Shown piece after piece: positions 58,401 to 64,000 of a DNA stretch of 64,000 nucleotides. A program made the position numbers and the translations under genes. The notes beneath the pieces are model-generated. The model saw only the letters and a list, made by a program, of their open reading frames with translations. It had not been told where the DNA came from and searched no databases. How positions within the stretch are numbered: the stretch's first letter is position 1; the number at the start of each line of letters is the position of its first letter. The stretch is from Catajapyx aquilonaris (lineage: Eukaryota), in contig KZ538041.1 in NCBI GenBank assembly GCA_000934665.2, positions 62,001 to 126,000 on the forward strand, in the 5' to 3' direction.

Positions 58401-60757
58401 TCAATTAGCATCCAACTTCACAGTGACCGTATACGTTGCAAAAAAATATGTTCGGTTTGGTGGATACCGGAGTCGACAAACGCATTTTGTTCATGCAACA
58501 AATTTTTTTTTTGAGGCGAAGAGACTAAAAGAGAAATGTTCTTCCGGGCTTTTCTGACAGACCCTGGGATGATGAGGCTTCCTCTCTCCTTTTTTTCCAA
58601 AAAAAAAGAGAGAGGGGGGCACAAGATGAAAAGCCCCCGCCAAATTTTTCATTTCGCCAGCGGAACTTTCATTCTGTTGTTGGGCCGACCCTGCTCTCTT
58701 TTCATCCTCCGCGTCAGATCAACCCTACTGGGATCATCCTCCAGCGAATAATTTTTTGAGTGCCAAACACCATTTTACATGTCCTGATCTGTTGAATAAA
58801 TTTTTTTAAAGTTTTTTTTTTGGGGGGGACAGTCTGAAAATTCGTAGCCACCTGCCCCAATTTGTCACCGGTGTCAGCCTTCTGGACTTTTCACGCTTAG
58901 AGGATGTAACAGGCCGGCTATGTATAGGAGGCTTCCGGATCCGGCCAGACATCCGACTGAAAATCCCCGAGGCGTGACCGGGGGAGCAAGGAAAGCCATA
59001 TCAATTCAACTGGCCTCCACTGAAGGTCCTGCCAGAAAAGCCCTTCCTAGTTTTTTTTTGTACTGCCCCGGATTTTCAAGAGAACCGGGTTTTCCGGGAA
59101 AATCCTGTATCTTTCACCCCGGTTTCAAGCAATGGCTACTTCTAATTGAATTTGCATCTAGGTGACCTCGCAGAATCTGATAACAAAAATTTATTTTCGA
59201 TCACGTTTTGTGCGCGATGGGACGACCTGCGGACCTGGACATATATTTTTCCACAGGCAGGAGAACTTGTAAGTGTTTGCGATGGGCTACAAAGAAGAGC
59301 AGTACTCACCAGCATCTTCTGAAGGGCTTCGACCGGTTGATTGGCAACGGGAACACCATTGATCTCCCGGATTTCGTCGCCAACATGTAACGTGGCCTGT
59401 CGGTGGATCATTCCTCCGTGCATGATGCGGGCAACAATGCATTTGCCCTCCTCGTTCATCTTGAGCGTAATTCCCTTTAAAAAAAAACAAAAAAGACACC
59501 CAAGTTGTAATAACCTGTGACACCATTTGGCTCTCACACCCTAATACCCCATGGACCCTTTAAAAATGTGGTAGCCAATCGCGAGTTGTTAAGGCCAAAC
59601 TTTAGGGGTCGATCCTCCACTTGTGCTGGCCCGAATTACCACCAGAGAGGATGGCTGCAGACTCGTTAGCGCACATTGTCCCTTATAGGCCATGGCCAGA
59701 CCAAAAAGCCCTAGCCTCTGGCACCGCTACCAAAAAGCCTTCCTTGCCTATACTTTCCTCATCGCGCATTCCCGACCAAACGCTGCAGCCCCTGCAGTGT
59801 CTGGAGAATAGCTCTCGGAAAAATTTTGCGTCGATCCCCTGGTTGTATGCATGTCAACCCCCACTGGTTTTTGCATATCACACCCGATGCTTGTCACCCA
59901 CTCCAGCGATATTTGGCTCAAATCATAAGCGTCGGGTGACACAACGGTGCGTTCAGGTACGGCGCGGAACCTGGTTCATATTGATCTTTTTTGCTAAAAG
60001 CTGATTTACGCTCATTACGCAGCTTTAAAGGGACACTCCACTCAAAAAACCAGTTGGTCTATAAAAATCGGGCAAAAAATCCTGATTCCGAGGATATAAG
60101 CAGTTTGTCTGTGAGACGAACGGTAAGCCCAGGGCGAGCCGTCAAAGTCTCAGAATTTGCGTCGTCTGCTAATGAGCTGCCCCTCCAGTCTAGCCCGCCC
60201 CACTAGTCCGCGCCGCCACCGGGTACTAGGCGAAACTGGTTCAGACCTGAAAGTCGGGTCTGGTCGGGAGGTGGCCGGATGAAGACTGTGGCACGGACCA
60301 AAGATCCAAAGATGGCTGAGGATTATTCCTATTTCTGCCCAGACCCGGGAGAGGCGCTGCTCTTTTGCGCCAGATTCGAATTGCCGAACTTTGTCGGCTC
60401 GCCCTGGCCTTACCGTTCGTCTCTCAGGAAAACTGCTTATACCCTCGGAATCAGGATTTTTTGCCCGATTTTTAGAGCCCAACTTGTATTTTGAGTGGAG
60501 TGTCCCTTTACCGAGCAAGTCTCATACTGAAATAGTTTTTCCCACAAAAAAAAAGTCAACTTACCATAGGCTCGTCCGTATTCTTCTGGAACTGGACGAG
60601 TCTGACCCTGGTGACCGTTTCCACTTCGAGGTCGCCATTGGGACCCTCGGCATCCGGGGCACCATTGAGGAATGGATGAAGAGGAGGAGGCGTCACGCGG
60701 ATGGCTTCTTCGCCGTACACCTCATGCGCCACTACGTCGTGGGCCTGCAGCAGTGCC
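52495..60757 (-). CDS. CASK: CASK (MAGUK family; L27 end-PDZ-SH3-HOOK-GuK), 3' part; 5' exons lie beyond the window
   Basis: Exons ~60757-60565 ([24 protein letters not shown]...[14 protein letters not shown]), 59475-59309 ([26 protein letters not shown]), 57591-57523 ([23 protein letters not shown]), 55590-55561, 54671-54573 (SH3: [11 protein letters not shown]), 54486-54347, 54276-54157, 54096-53985 ([12 protein letters not shown]), 53289-53181, 52942-52766, 52675-52495 ending [12 protein letters not shown], the CASK C-terminus. Confidence 0.94.
57821..58115. mobile_element. MITE-like element with perfect 28-bp terminal inverted repeats and an internal minisatellite
   Basis: TTTAAACCAAAGAACGATCTGACGTCAC (57821-57848) and its exact reverse complement (58088-58115). 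The outer TTTAAA may be the target-site duplication. Confidence 0.85.
57888..58085. repeat. Minisatellite, 9 x 22 bp (GCATAC[T/G/C]GCGCATGATCAGCTG)
   Basis: Nine head-to-tail copies varying only at position 7 (T,T,G,G,C,C,T,C,T); no unique spacers. Confidence 0.96.
60029..60507. mobile_element. MITE with long imperfect TIRs and TTAA-like target site (Kolobok/T2-like termini)
   Basis: TTAA|AGGGACACTCCACTCAAAA...TTTTGAGTGGAGTGTCCCT|TTAC. About 140 bp of imperfect inverted similarity (mirror ORFs 59991..60206 + and 60150..60518 -). Confidence 0.82.
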
Positions 60758-63700
60758 TGTGGGCAACAAACAAACAGACAAATAAAAAACACACATCGGG
60801 CAAACAGGGCAAGCTACACATTACAGCAGCGAAATGTTTCCATAATGACAATTTTGATGCATCCTCGCTTCAATGTTGTGGATTTTACGGATGATAAAAC
60901 CAATGTTGAACTAAGCCTGCTATTGCAACACACTATGGTTACCTTGCTGATTGAGTGGCCAGGCGACGATGTGTCAATACGGTGATTGATCCAAAATACG
61001 GGCCCGTATACCGCCGCTAATTAATACCTCACGTAATGGACACATGTGACGCCACCGCAACCTCGCAAAAAAACCTCGACTCAGTTAACCAGTTTTAAGT
61101 CTTTCTGATGAGCATGGTTCATTCATACCAATCCATTGTAACCGACAATAATATGACCATACAGCCACCATAATATTTGAAATTGCCGATAACTTCAACG
61201 TTACCGTTCCTTTAATGTCTGCGTACTGTTTCAGACTTCTGCAAGAACTAGCGGAGCAGCAAGTAGCAAACAAGCCCTCATCACATCGCACTTGGATGAA
61301 AGTACTCTGCGTACTCTGAGCAAAGAGACGGACATTCACACTTTCTGAACCGAAAATCAGCCCAAGTCTATCCACACGGCATAATCACCGTCGACGCTAA
61401 CTCGCAAGACTTTTCGCAAAAGTCTCGCTTAATTTTTTTTCCCCCTTCCCTTTTGTTTCCACTGTCACCATCGAGGTGGCAATTATCTCCTCGCTCATTT
61501 ACTCCCACCCAATCGATGAAGCGCATCAGAAAAGTTTGCATCACAAGGTGTCTCCAAAAAAAAATGTCAGCTCCATCCGACTGAAAATTTGCATACACTT
61601 TCTCCAGAGTGAAGATTGCGATTTCCAGTCTCCAGCGTTCTCTTGATGATGGATATCCGTAGGAGAATTTCATTTGCCTACCCCCGCAAATCACCCCGCG
61701 CCTTTTGACGCCCCCAAGTGGACGCGTCCCTGAAACACCCTCCCGGATGACAGTCATGACTTGTGTCAACTCGAGAGGCGGAGCACAAAGGAAAGTGGAG
61801 GCGACGTCTTGAAAGGTGCGGGAGAAATAACCAGGACGTGATTCAACTAACACAAGGTGAGCTATATACGACCTGGTTTTTTTCCTGCGAGCCCAGGTAG
61901 CTGCCTAGGGTAGCTGCATTGTGAGGTCGACGACCGGAGAGGTAAAACCGCAACCGGGCATACATTTATACTGAAAAATACGGCTAACTCTTCAGGCATG
62001 ATTAACGTCACGATCAGCACGTTTGCATATATTTAAAACTGGATAAGTTGCGGTTACAACACAAAGCAATGGCTGGTTGAAACCAAGAGAAAGGTCCTGT
62101 TTTTAGACGGTTTATACTGTAGGAGCGACACGAAAAGCCACTATCTCACCGAAAGAGCTGGGGATAATATTTCATCCTTCCGGCCACCCCGCATTTACTG
62201 ATGTACCCGGTTGCTGCCGGGTTGGTAAAGTGGAAGCTCCATTACAACATAGTGTGCTGGGGGCGAATATATTCGGAGACCCATGGTGGTGGAAATCGAC
62301 CAGTCACACACTGACATGGACATATGCTTACGATTGTAACGTGGTTGCAATAGTGACGAGCGCACTAAATTATTTTTCTGCAAGTGCACACGCGGATGCA
62401 TCACTTTTTTTCGCAAAAAAAAAAAAAAACCGAGCCAAGACCGTGACTTATAAATATTACAGCCCACAAACTTCAAAACGTTTCTGAACCGTCTCCCTTT
62501 CGCGAGCAGGTCACGCCCCATGACCCTCTCTTCCCCAAGCCAGTTTCGCTAATGAGCTCTCCATTTCAGAAACCCAAATAATTCCGAATTTTAAAAAAAA
62601 CTTGCACATTCAGCATTTTCACACCACTTTTTTTCCCCCCATTCTGCAACTCCAAAAACCCAAGACGACGTTTGAAACATGAGAATTCTCCAAGACTGAT
62701 AGCCTCTCTTAGCTCCAACTTGCCTTTCCATTATCCTCCAGGCTCATTTCTCGGGGAATTGGAAAAGCTGACTCCAACAGCGAGTGAGAGAAAGCCAGTT
62801 CCTCTAAACACAATCAGAAACCGACACTTGCGACACTCCCTCGGCCACAATTCTTGCGTCTCAAAATGGCCAGCAATAAACTTCTTTAGCAGGAAATGAG
62901 AGTCCTCCAGGGAAGTTATTTATTATCGGGACTACTCGGCATAGATTAGCCCACCCCTGCTCTGGCTTCTAGACAGTGTTTATACAATAGGCTGAAGTAC
63001 AGGTGCACTATCGACGCATGCCCAGAACTTTGGTGCAGATGCAGCACATTCGTCTCCAGAGTGGCATTTGTCTTATACATAAAATATTCTATCAGGAGAT
63101 GCAACACAATGACGGACAGATGGCGCGTATGCACATATATGTTGCTCCAGAGAGGGAGCCACGGGGGCCGCACTTTTCGTCCCTAATAGGCTGATTAATC
63201 CGGCCGGAATAAGCAGATTACATTATGAAAGCCAGCTTTTAGCCGGGCTTAATCCTGTTAGGCTGTAAACACCCGTGTAAGAAACGGATGTTCCTTTGCA
63301 CGGTCAGTAACGTGGCAGAATCGCCCAATCTTCCGTGACGAAAGCCCGTCCCAGTGTATATGGCGGAGAAACGGGGCGAAAAAAGTAGTCGAAAGTTGGC
63401 CCCCCCCGTTCCTTCTTTTTCCTCAACAGCATCCATTCGGCACAGAATGGGACTCTTGGTCTCCGGAGTAAACGAGGATTATTGAACGGCATGAGGAAAC
63501 TAAGGCTGGAAATGTGCAGTGCAAAGGAAGCGGGCGGGGATCCACATCACATTTAAGAGGAAGAAGACGCCTTGGACTGAGAAATGTCTCGGAGGTTTTC
63601 CCGGAAGGACCTACCCTCAGAAAATTCAGAATCGCCGGAGAAAATTTACACGTTAATGCACCGCCATGAATATCTCCTCATTAGTACAGACTCATATGCG

Positions 63701-63821
63701 CAGGTCGAGTTGAAGCGATGCTTAAACTTTTGAATTGCTGGAGACTTATGTGGCAGTAAGTCATTGTGTGAAAAGTTTTTATCTCCTTGGCCTGCTCCAG
63801 TCTTATTAAAGTACGAGGAGT

Positions 63822-63886
63822 CAAGAGTGGGTCCTGCAGAGAGCCAAGAGTGGGTCCTGCAGAGAGCCAAGAGTGGGTCCTGCAGA
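63822..63886. repeat. Short tandem repeat, ~2.8 x 23 bp
   Basis: CAAGAGTGGGTCCTGCAGAGAGC x2 plus a partial third copy. Confidence 0.9.
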
Positions 63887-64000
63887 ATTCGGAGGCTGCG
63901 TAGGAAATATTTTGCTGAAACTGTCCTCACCTTAGAAGCAACAGCCAACTTTCACAAACACTATTTCCATTCGAAACCGATATAACCAGCCAAATAGCCT

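Overview
Compact eukaryotic (arthropod-like) genomic window with short spliceosomal introns. Left to right it contains: a ZAD-type C2H2 zinc-finger gene (+, 5' end not found); a complete four-domain sodium leak channel gene NALCN/narrow abdomen (-, EEKE selectivity filter) with an antisense tRNA-Arg(ACG) in its largest intron; a head-to-tail cluster of five apparently intact GMC (FAD glucose-dehydrogenase-like) oxidoreductase genes plus one decayed GMC pseudogene (all -); a ~680 bp foldback element; a ~3.1 kb tandem duplication of an intronless divergent ionotropic receptor (one copy intact, one frameshifted by an 8 bp deletion); and the 3' half of CASK (-), whose introns carry MITE-like elements, one wrapped around a 22-bp minisatellite. 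The most notable points are active-site substitutions and two GC-AG introns within the GMC cluster, the IR duplicate caught mid-pseudogenisation, and several palindromic/TIR elements. No unambiguously new biological system can be proven from sequence alone; the diversified GMC cluster is the best candidate. All calls come from reading the sequence and recalled family motifs; no searches were run.
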